A DNA stretch of 64,000 nucleotides from NCBI GenBank assembly GCA_039194325.1, contig JBCCWC010000003.1:160001-224000 (forward strand), written 5' to 3'. Origin of the DNA: Myxococcota bacterium (GTDB lineage Bacteria; Myxococcota_A; Polyangia; Nannocystales; Nannocystaceae). Under the pieces are notes generated by a model. That model did not search any database and was not told the origin of the DNA. It worked only from the letters and a program-made list of their open reading frames with translations. Positions within the stretch are counted from its first letter, which is position 1. Every line of letters begins with the position of its first letter. A program made the position numbers and the translations under genes. Below are positions 47,924 through 57,064 of this stretch, one piece after another.

Positions 47924-49513
47924 TCAGGGCCGCAGCTGCACGACCCCGAGCCGGGTCGCGCGATCGAGCAGCCGTAGGGCGACCTCGTGACTCGCGTTGT
48001 CGTGCCGGCGGTCGGCGGGCAGGGGCACGTCGCCCGAGGCGATCATCGAGGCCAGCTCGTCCTGGCCGGTGCCGCGCTTGGACAGCACCTCGGAGACGGA
48101 GACCGAGAGCATGGGGATCGACGCTGGCGGCTGCGGGTCGCCGAGCAGCCGCGGATCGATCGCGCTGGACAGGTCGTTGGTCTCGAGGACCCGCTGGGTG
48201 ATAGGCGGCAGCTCGAAGCGATGGGTGATCGTCGAGAGCACGGAGACGTGGTCGACCACCGTGCTGTTGATGCAACCACGGCGGACGAAGGGACCGATCG
48301 CCAGCGAAGGCACCCGGTGCCCCAGCTGCTGGAAGGGCTCGAGGGGGTCGAAGGTCCCCGGAGGGCTGACGTGGTCGAAGAACCCGCCGTGCTCGTCGTA
48401 GGTGATGATGAGCAAGCAGCTGTTCCAGTGCGGGCTCTGGGCCAGGGCTTGGTAGATGCTGCCGAGGAAGATCTGCCCCAGCGTGATGTCGTGCGAGGGG
48501 TGGTCGTCGTTGCCTCCTTCGCCCCCCGGCAGCAGCCCGAAGTTGGGATCGATGATGCTGAACTGGGGCAGGGTGCCCGCGGCCGCGGCATCGAAGAACT
48601 CGTCGATCGACTCGGTATAAGACGCCAAGGGGCTGACGAAGCCGCCCCAGGCCCACGCCACGTCGGAGTAGTAATTGGCGTGGCTGATGCCCGCGTCGCC
48701 CAGAAGCTCCCAGATCGTGGTCAGGCCGGGCTCGGGGAAGTTCTCCTGCTGTCCGCCCGAGGTCCCGGCGTGCAGGTGGAAACGATTGGGCCACGTGCCG
48801 GCCATCGCCGAGCCGAACCAGTGGTCGAAGAGGGTGTAGTGGTCGGCCAGCGCGTAGAGCACCGGCAGCTGGCTGCGGACGTGGAAGCCCATCACCTCGT
48901 GGTGTGACCCCGGGTGCACTTGCTCGTGCACGATGACGAAGCCGTCGTTGGCGCCCATGTTCCACTGCAAGTGGCAGTCGACCCACTGGTGCGGGGGATC
49001 GGCGGGGGTCAGGTTGTCCATCGGGAACACGCCGATCGGCGTGCCGTCGATCCGCGGGTTGGTCTCCTCGCCGGTGAGGCCCTCGAGGGTCCAGCCCTCG
49101 CGGAAGGTGGCCGAGCCGAAGTAGTGATCGGTGGAGCGGTTCTCCATCATCACCACGACGACGGTGTCGATCCCGGCGAGCAATTCCTGTGGAGCGAGGC
49201 CGAGGTTGTCGGCCCCGCACTCGTCGAAGCGCTCGCCGCTGCTGTCTTCGTCTGCGCTACCGTCGCCCGAGGTCGTGTTGTGGCTGGTGCCTTGGGGGCC
49301 GGTAGAGTCGACGGATTCCGCCGAGCTGGCGGCCGAGCTGGCGGACGAGCTGGCGGCCCCGGTCGACGGATCGGCTCCGCTGCTGGTGTCGAAGCCGTCG
49401 CCGAGGCTTTCGGCTCCACATCCGACGCCGGTCGTTCCCAGGACGGCGCCCATGCCCTGGAGGGTTCGACGTCGGGTCAATCCCCGGGTGTCGTCGTCGT
49501 TGTTGGCCACCAC
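47924..49513 (-). CDS. Phosphoesterase/phospholipase C family, Tat lipoprotein
   Basis: TRRRTL Tat motif; VVVMMENRS.DHYFG, TWPNR, YDEHGGFFDHV, GHRVP. Confidence 0.9.
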   Translation of the reverse strand: MVANNDDDTRGLTRRRTLQGMGAVLGTTGVGCGAESLGDGFDTSSGADPSTGAASSSASSAASSAESVDSTGPQGTSHNTTSGDGSADEDSSGERFDECGADNLGLAPQELLAGIDTVVVVMMENRSTDHYFGSATFREGWTLEGLTGEETNPRIDGTPIGVFPMDNLTPADPPHQWVDCHLQWNMGANDGFVIVHEQVHPGSHHEVMGFHVRSQLPVLYALADHYTLFDHWFGSAMAGTWPNRFHLHAGTSGGQQENFPEPGLTTIWELLGDAGISHANYYSDVAWAWGGFVSPLASYTESIDEFFDAAAAGTLPQFSIIDPNFGLLPGGEGGNDDHPSHDITLGQIFLGSIYQALAQSPHWNSCLLIITYDEHGGFFDHVSPPGTFDPLEPFQQLGHRVPSLAIGPFVRRGCINSTVVDHVSVLSTITHRFELPPITQRVLETNDLSSAIDPRLLGDPQPPASIPMLSVSVSEVLSKRGTGQDELASMIASGDVPLPADRRHDNASHEVALRLLDRATRLGVVQLRP

Positions 49514-49677
49514 CGTCGAGGATATCCCGCGGGCGGTTTTGGCTCGGTGCGCAAGATCTTCGAGAGAGCGTCGGGTTCGGCCTTACGGTGAGTGGCGGGG
49601 TTGCACTCGTAGGCCGTGATTCGAGCGTGGGAGCCCGTCCGCCTCGGCACCTCGGGGACGGAGCTCGGGTGCGAGGC

Positions 49678-49914
49678 CTAGAACGTGAAGTGCTGCGAGA
49701 TGATCTCGTCCGGGTCACGCTGCGTCTTTACCGCCGGCTCGGGACGCGGTTCGACCTTCTCGGGGACGGGCACGTTGGCTTCGTCCAGACGACTGGCGAT
49801 GATGTCTTCGAGGTACCCGCTGACGCTCATGCCTTGCGACTCGCAGAAGTTCTTGAGCCGTTGGTACGTGATGCCTTTGACCGAGATGCTCCTGCGCGTT
49901 TGTCGCTTTGCCAT
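49678..49914 (-). CDS. Small ribbon-helix-helix-like DNA-binding protein
   Basis: 78 aa; RRSISVKG (beta strand), TYQRLKNFCESQG, SVSGYLEDII (helices); purine-rich SD-like tract. Confidence 0.7.
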   Translation of the reverse strand: MAKRQTRRSISVKGITYQRLKNFCESQGMSVSGYLEDIIASRLDEANVPVPEKVEPRPEPAVKTQRDPDEIISQHFTF

Positions 49915-49980
49915 GGTCCGCTCTCTCTTCGATACGACTAGTACCCGTAGAACACTGCACCCCCGCACGCAAGGGTCATT

Positions 49981-50032
49981 CCACAACATATTGTGGCGCG
50001 TGGTGGGCGCCACCACAACATCCTGTGGATAA
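49981..50032. promoter_or_regulatory. Tandem NrdR-like boxes overlapping a DnaA box
   Basis: CCACAACATATTGTGG (49981-49996), CCACAACATCCTGTGG (50013-50028); TGTGGATAA (50024-50032). Confidence 0.65.
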
Positions 50033-50764
50033 AGGAGCCGAATCGATCGAAATCCTTGGTGAACTCCAAGAATTGAAGGCTGTTTGTGTACTGGTGTATT
50101 TACCATTCAAAATATAGACTTTTTCAACATTTTTGAAGGGTAGGGAGAAGATCTCCGAGATCTCTTCGAGGAGATCTCCATCCTGGTCGATTTTTTGCAG
50201 CACTTCGATGTGAGGTAAGGCGCAGCTTGCGGAGGTTCGAGACTGAACACTCATGAGGCTTCTGGTGGGTCTCTGGTGAGCCGGTTTGTGGGCTTTTAGT
50301 TGCGCAATATCGCGCACCGTTGCCTCGCTGTTGCTCTTTTTCGTGCAGGAGGGGCGGCAATGGCGCGAATGACTCCTCCGGCGTCGATTGGGGACTCGAT
50401 GACCAGGGGTTCGGCGACTTGGAGCCTCGTGGTCGACCGCTCGGGGTTCGGGACCGGTGAGCCGACGTGATCGTCTCCACCGGCCCGGCCGCCGCGGAAT
50501 CGCGGCAGGCGCCATGGGCGGCGATGGGGTTGTTGGCGACGAGCTCTCGCTTGGCGATGAAGGATCTCAAAGCCCGCGAAGCCTACGAAGCGTGCAATGG
50601 GATCGGCCGATCCGAGTGGTCCAGGGTAAGTGCGGTCGAGCCGGTGGGTCGGGGTATGCCCCAAGACCCGATGGCCATCGGTGATCGTCACGACGGTTTC
50701 GCGTATGGTGAGTGCACCCGTTCGGCCGTTTGCGGCGGTCCGACCCCCCTACCTCGCGGGTCCG

Positions 50765-52600
50765 ATGGAAGCCGAGCCTGAAACCAAGGTCATCGAGCGT
50801 GAGTCCGAGACCAAGGACCAGTCTGCTCTGGTGCCCGACGCACTCGCGGTAGGCAAGACGGTCGGGCGCTATGAGTTGATCCATCGGCTGGGTCACGGCG
50901 GGATGGCAACGGTGTATCTCGGCCGTGCGACCGGTCGAGCCGGTTTCGAAAAGCTAGTGGCGGTGAAGGTGATTCACCCACACCTTGCGGCCGAGTCCGA
51001 GTTCGTCGAGATGTTCTTGGACGAGGCTCGCATCGCGGCCCGCTTGCACCACCCGCATGTGGTCGAGATCCACGATCTGGGCGAGGCGGACGGCTTGTTC
51101 TTCATGGTGATGGAGTATGTCGAGGGCGAGACCCTGGCGTCGTTGCTCCGTCAGCTCCGCAAGCACGGTGAGCGCCTGCCGCTGACCGCTGTGCTACGGG
51201 TGGTGGCCGACGCGTGCGAAGGCCTCGCCGCGGCCCACGACCTGACCCATGCGGATGGTCGCCCGATGGACCTGGTCCATCGTGACGTGTCGCCGCATAA
51301 CTTGCTGGTTGGCATGGACGGTCGGGTCAAGGTGGTGGACTTCGGGATCGCCAAGGCCACCGGGCGTCGCAGCAGCACTCGCACCGGTCAGCTGCGAGGA
51401 AAGCTGGCCTATATGTCCCCTGAGCAGGCCGGCGGCGATCCGATCGACCATCGCACCGATCTGTTCGCCCTGGGGACGGTGCTGTGGGAGCTATTGACCA
51501 ACGAGCGGCTGTTCACGGCCGACACCGAGTCGGAGACCCTGGCTCGCGTGAGCGCCTGCCGGGTGCCCGACATCCGGGAGCATTGCGATGGCATGCCGCC
51601 GGGCGTGGTCTCGCTGATCGAGCGGGCCTTGGCCCGGGATCGTGACGATCGCTTCCCCACCGCAGCGCACATGCTTCGTGAGCTGCGGGTGCAATTGCGG
51701 GCCTTGGACGACGAGATCGATCCGCGTGAGGAGCTGTCGGCGGTGATGGAGCGGCTGTTCTCTGCGCGCGTGGGGTACATCCGTGCCGCGGTGCGCCGCG
51801 CTAGCACGTCGGGTCCGCGGTTGTCGGCGGCCAACGATCCCCTCTCGCCTGAGGATGTCACCCGGGCCACCGCTAGGCCCTCGGAGACATCAGACGTGAG
51901 GGTCGCGCGTCGCTCGACCGGCTCGTTGCCCGTGGTCGGGAACACGACCGGCACCAACACCCACACCCTCACCGCGAGCTTGGCCGCGGCTCCGGCCCGG
52001 CACTGGAGCCTGTGGCTGTTGCTGCCGCTGGTGGGGGCCGCGGTGGGGGCCGCCATGGTCACCAATGGATTCGGTCGAGACGCCCCCCAGCCCACACCGA
52101 TGGTGTCGTCGAACCCGCCGCAGGTCACCCGGAGCGATGGCGGCGAGGGGCCGGACAAGGCCAAGGCGCTGTCGCCGGAGCCGGCCATGATCAAGTGGCA
52201 CTTCGACACCGATCCCGCCGGGGCGACGATCACCCTCGACGGCAAAGTGCAAGCGCAGCCCACTCCGGTCATGGTCGAGCTACCTCGAGGCGAGAACGCG
52301 ATCACGGTGCTGGTATCCAAGGAGGGCTACAAGACGTTCACGTGGCATTTGGTGCCGATGGCCTCCGACAATTTCAACTATCGGCTGCGCCCGATCCCGG
52401 CCGTCGCCGAGGAGACCAAGCCCAAGGGGAGCCGGCATCGGTTCAAGCCCCGGGGATCCAAGCCCAAGGGGAGCCACAAGGGCAAGCCCGCCGGCGACAA
52501 GTCGGCGTCCACCGCGTCCCATCCCGATGATGGAGGCAATGACCTGCCTCCCATGCCCGAGTTCGACAAGATCGGCGGCACCGGTACTCCGGTCCCCTAA
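50765..52600 (+). CDS. Membrane Ser/Thr kinase with PEGA-like domain
   Basis: LGHGGMATVY, VAVK, HRDVSPHN, DFGIAK, GKLAYMSPE; TM; TDPAGATITLDG..PTP. Start uncertain (50705 or 50765). Confidence 0.92.
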   Translation: MEAEPETKVIERESETKDQSALVPDALAVGKTVGRYELIHRLGHGGMATVYLGRATGRAGFEKLVAVKVIHPHLAAESEFVEMFLDEARIAARLHHPHVVEIHDLGEADGLFFMVMEYVEGETLASLLRQLRKHGERLPLTAVLRVVADACEGLAAAHDLTHADGRPMDLVHRDVSPHNLLVGMDGRVKVVDFGIAKATGRRSSTRTGQLRGKLAYMSPEQAGGDPIDHRTDLFALGTVLWELLTNERLFTADTESETLARVSACRVPDIREHCDGMPPGVVSLIERALARDRDDRFPTAAHMLRELRVQLRALDDEIDPREELSAVMERLFSARVGYIRAAVRRASTSGPRLSAANDPLSPEDVTRATARPSETSDVRVARRSTGSLPVVGNTTGTNTHTLTASLAAAPARHWSLWLLLPLVGAAVGAAMVTNGFGRDAPQPTPMVSSNPPQVTRSDGGEGPDKAKALSPEPAMIKWHFDTDPAGATITLDGKVQAQPTPVMVELPRGENAITVLVSKEGYKTFTWHLVPMASDNFNYRLRPIPAVAEETKPKGSRHRFKPRGSKPKGSHKGKPAGDKSASTASHPDDGGNDLPPMPEFDKIGGTGTPVP

Positions 52601-52635
52601 GAGCGATGCCCGCGCCCGGCCCATCGTAGACTTCG

Positions 52636-53874
52636 ATGGTTCGTCGTAGACTCGGACGCATGGCCGCTCCTCGCCAGACCCACTCGACGTTGGTCGTCGC
52701 GTTGGTCGTCGCGCTGGCCATCGCGCTGGGTGGGCCCGTACCCGCGGTGGCGATGCGGGGGCCGTTGCCCGAGCCGGACTCGTTCGAGTCGGAGGGATCG
52801 GATGAGCCGCCCGACCTGCCCGCGTCCACCACCGAGGCGGATCCCACCACGCTGAGCCCCGAGGAGCTGGCCCAGCGGCAGCTGCAAGCCAAGATCGAGC
52901 AGGCCATCGAGCACTATAAAGAGGGCCAGCGCTTGTACAGCAACGGGCGCTACGGCGAGGCTGCGGTGGAATTCGAGCGCTCGTATGCTGCGGTGCCGGC
53001 CGCCAACACCCTCTATGCCGTCGCGCTGGCCTTTGGGCGGGCCGGCAAGACGGTCGAGGCGGTGCGGGCCTTCGAGCGATACCTCGAGCTGCCCGATTGC
53101 AGCCAGTGGGCCCCCGACGAGCGGCCGATCGATTGCACGGCGCAGCGCAGCGAAGCCGAGCGCAACCTGGTCGAGCACCGCGGCCGGGTGGGCGAGCTGA
53201 CCCTGAAGATCGCCGAGGGGGTGGAGCTTCGCGAGGTTCGGGTGGCGGGTCGTACCGTCCCTATCGACGACTTTCCGCTGCTGATGCTGCCCGGCACGGT
53301 CGACGTGGAGCTGTTCGGGATGGGCCCCGACGATCGCCGGACCCGCCCCGCTTACATCACCGCGGGGGAGGTCTACGAGGTCTATGTGGCTCCGTGGAAG
53401 GTCGACGTGGTGGACGAGATGTCCAACCCAGGCGGTGACCTAGGCCGAGATGACCCCCAGCGGCAAAAGCGGCAAAAGCGGCGGCTGAAGGCCGTGTTCT
53501 GGAGCGGAGTGGGCCTGACCGGGGCCTCGGGCGTGGTGATGGCGGTCATGGGCAGCCTGGCTCGTTATCACTTTCAGCGCTTCGACATCGAGAAGTGTCC
53601 ACCCCAGTGCTACGAGCTCAACGACGACGGCACTCCCGTGACCGGTCCGGACGGCGAGCTGGTCGCATTGGACCGGCCCTATCCCCTCGGTCACCGCAAC
53701 GCGTTCGAACGCTACCAGGTCGTCACCAATGCGCTCATCGGCGTAACCGTCGGGCTGGCGGTGAGCACCGCGCTGGTGGGCGTCTTTGCGTTCCGCAAGC
53801 GCGAGCCCACGCCGTCGGGGCGCGCTCGCGTGCGCGTTCATGTGGGCGCGCCTGGGCTGCTCGTGCGGTGGTAG
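52636..53874 (+). CDS. Exported TPR protein with C-terminal hydrophobic segments
   Basis: Signal peptide; HYKEGQRLY..GRYGEAAVEFERSY TPR; usual partner of myxobacterial kinases. Alternative start at 52660. Confidence 0.8.
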   Translation: MVRRRLGRMAAPRQTHSTLVVALVVALAIALGGPVPAVAMRGPLPEPDSFESEGSDEPPDLPASTTEADPTTLSPEELAQRQLQAKIEQAIEHYKEGQRLYSNGRYGEAAVEFERSYAAVPAANTLYAVALAFGRAGKTVEAVRAFERYLELPDCSQWAPDERPIDCTAQRSEAERNLVEHRGRVGELTLKIAEGVELREVRVAGRTVPIDDFPLLMLPGTVDVELFGMGPDDRRTRPAYITAGEVYEVYVAPWKVDVVDEMSNPGGDLGRDDPQRQKRQKRRLKAVFWSGVGLTGASGVVMAVMGSLARYHFQRFDIEKCPPQCYELNDDGTPVTGPDGELVALDRPYPLGHRNAFERYQVVTNALIGVTVGLAVSTALVGVFAFRKREPTPSGRARVRVHVGAPGLLVRW

Positions 53875-53922
53875 GTGTCGCCGGCTAGGCGATGGCCGGC
53901 GGTCATGGGTGGTTATGGGTAG

Positions 53923-54600
53923 TTATGGACGGTTCTCGTCGGTCGGTGGACTCGGGGAGGGCTCTGCGGTGAGGAACAAGCTCTGGAACCAGCGCACGAA
54001 GCCGTGCGCTGCGCTCTGCTGCGCGTCTAGGTACCCTCGCTGGATCGCGCTTCCTGGCGGTACGCCGGGTTGCTCCTGCCAGGCGAGCCAGGTCCGCACG
54101 CTGGCCTTGTGGAGGTAGTGCGCCTTGAATCGTGCGCCCCGACGAGACGCTTCTCGACATACTTCACCGGCGTACGTCCAGACCGGATCGCTGGGTGGAA
54201 TCAAGCCCGTCAGGAGATCTTCGAGGGCACCTGGGCGCTGGTTGTCGGGGAGGATCCACACTCCGATCCGGCACCCGCTCTCGGTAGCGTCGACGTAGCC
54301 GCCAGCAGGCGGTTCCGTGGGTAGGCTCAGCGTGCGCAGTGCTTCCCGGATTCGCGTCCACACGATCGCGGGTGATTGGTCCGCGTCGAGCACGATGCCC
54401 AGCCGCCTTGTCGACTTGATGCTGGTGGGTAGCTCGCGCAGCGCCCCGTCGAGCCCTCCTGCATCCCGGATGTAGGGAGCGCCCGAGTCGTCGGATTCCC
54501 AGTCCACGCCGTGTGCGGTGGTCAGGTGCACCACGGTATGGAGGTCGTCCGGCCCCTCTACGATTAGCCGGTGGGGGTTACGACGATCCCTCGGCTTCAT
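53923..54600 (-). CDS. TOPRIM-like DUF3226-type protein
   Basis: LIVEGPDD, GIVLDAD, LPDNQRPGALEDLL, KASVRTWLAWQEQPG, FVRWFQSLF; ATGA overlap with the ATPase. Confidence 0.85.
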   Translation of the reverse strand: MKPRDRRNPHRLIVEGPDDLHTVVHLTTAHGVDWESDDSGAPYIRDAGGLDGALRELPTSIKSTRRLGIVLDADQSPAIVWTRIREALRTLSLPTEPPAGGYVDATESGCRIGVWILPDNQRPGALEDLLTGLIPPSDPVWTYAGEVCREASRRGARFKAHYLHKASVRTWLAWQEQPGVPPGSAIQRGYLDAQQSAAHGFVRWFQSLFLTAEPSPSPPTDENRP

Positions 54601-55649
54601 GGATTTCCCCGCAGCTCAAGGTGGGCTTCGTCGGCGATCTCCAGGTCATCCATGGAGAACCGCTCGGTCCTAGAGGCGCCGACATCGAGCCGATGCAGGC
54701 TGACCGTGTCGGACATCGAGCGGTCGTCTCGGTAGAGGTTGGCCAGCGCGCGGAGACAGTCCTGGCTGTGTGTGGTGGCGAACACCTGGAGGTCGAGGCG
54801 ACGAGCGTTCTCTATGATGAGCCGCCAGACCGATTCCATGGTGGAGTGGTGCAGGCCGATCTCGATCTCGTCCACCAGGAAGGCACCACCACGGGCCTGG
54901 ACCATGAGGAGCGCAAGGTCGAGTAGTCGGCTCGCTCCGTGACCCAGGCTGCCGAGCGGGACGCGCTCGGCCATTCCCTTCATACGAACGAACGCCGCTG
55001 GGGTCTGGTTATAGCCATCGCCGACCGTGAAGATCACCCGTTCGATCTCCGGCTCGAGGATCTGTATCGCACTAGTGACGAAGTCTTCGCTCTCGTTTCC
55101 TACGATCAGATTCCATAGGCGCGCGCGCTCGTGCGAGTCGATACCGGCCATGCTCGCAAAAATGAACGGCGAGATCATTCGATCGAAGTCTGCGTATCGC
55201 CACGGCTTTCTGATTTCGATAGACGTTTTCTGGAGCTCCCACTCCTCTGTGTTGCCACGTTCGTCCGACGTCGCCAGCGTCCAATCATCGGGATCGGATA
55301 CGATCCAGACATCGATCTTTAGGGGCGTATCATGCTCATCCGTACCCTCGATCAGGAAGGACGTGGTCGTGTCGAGGTGTCGCCCATGAAAGAGCTGACG
55401 TGCATCGAGCAGGAGATCCTCGGGCTCCGAGCGTGACGGGCCTACGCCGTGCGATGACATCTCCTCGCGACGCCATGAGCTTCGGATGATGCAGTCCGGC
55501 TGCGCACGCAGCAACAGCAACTCCAGCGCCTCGAGGAGCGACGTCTTGCCCGCGTTGTTCTTGCCGACCAGCAGGTTGACGCGGGTCAGCCCCTCGGCCT
55601 TCAGCTCGGTGAAGCAGCGGTAGCCTCTGATGGTTATGCTCTGGAGCAC
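54597..55649 (-). CDS. ABC-type AAA_15/AAA_21 ATPase
   Basis: GTG start; GYRCF, Walker A GKNNAGKTS, LGHGASR, FLVDEIE.GLHH, ATTHS. Confidence 0.9.
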   Translation of the reverse strand: MLQSITIRGYRCFTELKAEGLTRVNLLVGKNNAGKTSLLEALELLLLRAQPDCIIRSSWRREEMSSHGVGPSRSEPEDLLLDARQLFHGRHLDTTTSFLIEGTDEHDTPLKIDVWIVSDPDDWTLATSDERGNTEEWELQKTSIEIRKPWRYADFDRMISPFIFASMAGIDSHERARLWNLIVGNESEDFVTSAIQILEPEIERVIFTVGDGYNQTPAAFVRMKGMAERVPLGSLGHGASRLLDLALLMVQARGGAFLVDEIEIGLHHSTMESVWRLIIENARRLDLQVFATTHSQDCLRALANLYRDDRSMSDTVSLHRLDVGASRTERFSMDDLEIADEAHLELRGNP

Positions 55650-55783
55650 GGTGGTTCCGCTGATGGTCCGATACCGACGATAGCGCAAGCGGTCGCTCGT
55701 CCCTGAAGAGCGAGTGATTTCAGTGAATTGGATGCGTTCATGTGGGCGCGCCTGGGCTGCTCGTGCGGTGGTAGATTCGGCGC

Positions 55784-57019
55784 ATGCAGGACCGCCGCTG
55801 GCCCACCTACACGCCACGGAACATCGTGCTCGACGCCGCCGTGCCGCCCGACGACGGCGGCAAGGGCTCGATCTACGTCAAGGATGCCGAGGGCAACGTG
55901 TACCTCGACGCGATGTGCGGGATCGGCTGCCTACCCCTAGGGCACGGGCACCCCGATCTCGCCGACGCAGTGCGCGAGCAGATGCTGCGGCTCACCGCCG
56001 CCGCGGGCACGCTGTGGACCAAGCCTCAGCAGGATCTGGTGGGGCAGATCGTCGAGCGCACCACGATCCCCGATGCGCGAGTGTTCCTGGGCAACACCGG
56101 CACCGAGGTCAACGAGGCCGCTATCAAGCTGGCCCTACGGGCCACGGGGCGTGACGTGATCATCGGCTTCGAGCGCGCCTTCCACGGCCGTACACTGGGC
56201 TCGATCTCCCTGACCGCCAATCCCAAGTATCGCGAGCCCTACGTCAGCTGCCTCGACGAGCCCGAGGGTCGCTTCGCTCGGCTCAACGTGGCCCGAGCGA
56301 CCTACGGCGACCTCGACTCGGTACAGGCGCTGCTGACCAAGTACGAAGGTCGGGTGGCCGCGGTGTTCATCGAGCCGGTGCAGGGCGAGGGGGGCATCTA
56401 TCCCGCGAGCGTCGAGTTCCTCACCGGACTCCGCGAGCTGTGCACACGTCACGGCGCCCTGCTGGCGACCGACGAGATCCAGTGCGGAGGTGGGCGCACG
56501 GGCAAGTTCTCGGCGTGGGAGCGGATCGTGGGCCGCGACCCCGCGCTGGCCCCCGACGTCGAGTGGTACGCCAAGGCGGTCGGCGGCGGCTACCCGATCG
56601 GCGTGTGCGTGGCCCGGCCCGAGCTGGCCGCACACATGGTCAAGGGCAGCCATGGCTCTACCTTTGGCGGCAACCCGATCGCGTGCGCGGCCGGGCTGGC
56701 CACCCTGCGGATCATGGACGACGAAGGGCTGATGGAATCGGCGGGGGCGCAGCTGGAGATCCTTCAGGGGATCGCCGCCGCCGATCCCCACCCGCGCGTC
56801 GAGCAGATCCGCGGCCTGGGCTCCATGATCGGGATCGAGATCAATGGTCCGGGCGAGACGCCCGCAGCGCCCCTGGGCGCCTTGCTGCAAGAGGAGCGGA
56901 TGCTCGTCACCGTGTGTCGCGGCAAGACGGTGCGGTGGTTGTTTCCCTATCGCGCGGGCAAAGCCGTGCTGACCGAGGGGTGGAGTCGGCTGCGGCGCGC
57001 GCTCGACCGACTGGAGTGA
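55784..57019 (+). CDS. argD: Class III aminotransferase, acetylornithine aminotransferase-like
   Basis: LGHGHP, NTGTEVNEAAIKL, FHGRT, EPVQGEGG, DEIQCG.GRTG, AK..GGG.P, HGSTFGGNP. Confidence 0.8.
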   Translation: MQDRRWPTYTPRNIVLDAAVPPDDGGKGSIYVKDAEGNVYLDAMCGIGCLPLGHGHPDLADAVREQMLRLTAAAGTLWTKPQQDLVGQIVERTTIPDARVFLGNTGTEVNEAAIKLALRATGRDVIIGFERAFHGRTLGSISLTANPKYREPYVSCLDEPEGRFARLNVARATYGDLDSVQALLTKYEGRVAAVFIEPVQGEGGIYPASVEFLTGLRELCTRHGALLATDEIQCGGGRTGKFSAWERIVGRDPALAPDVEWYAKAVGGGYPIGVCVARPELAAHMVKGSHGSTFGGNPIACAAGLATLRIMDDEGLMESAGAQLEILQGIAAADPHPRVEQIRGLGSMIGIEINGPGETPAAPLGALLQEERMLVTVCRGKTVRWLFPYRAGKAVLTEGWSRLRRALDRLE

Positions 57020-57064
57020 ACCGCTCGCTGGCGCGTGCAAGGCCGGGGCTGTTAGCTTTCGGCC

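Larger units (their letters stand above)
53834..55774. mobile_element. 1.9-kb integrated cassette bounded by 41-bp direct repeats, with no recombinase
   Basis: GCGTTCATGTGGGCGCGCCTGGGCTGCTCGTGCGGTGGTAG identical at 53834-53874 and 55734-55774; cargo on the opposite strand with lower GC. Confidence 0.75.

Noticed and set aside
49981..50200. Replication origin
   Set aside because: Only one clear DnaA box and no dnaA/dnaN/gidA context.
50360..50470. 36-codon ORF after AGGAGG
   Set aside because: The SD-like sequence is the only support; no motif or clear codon bias.
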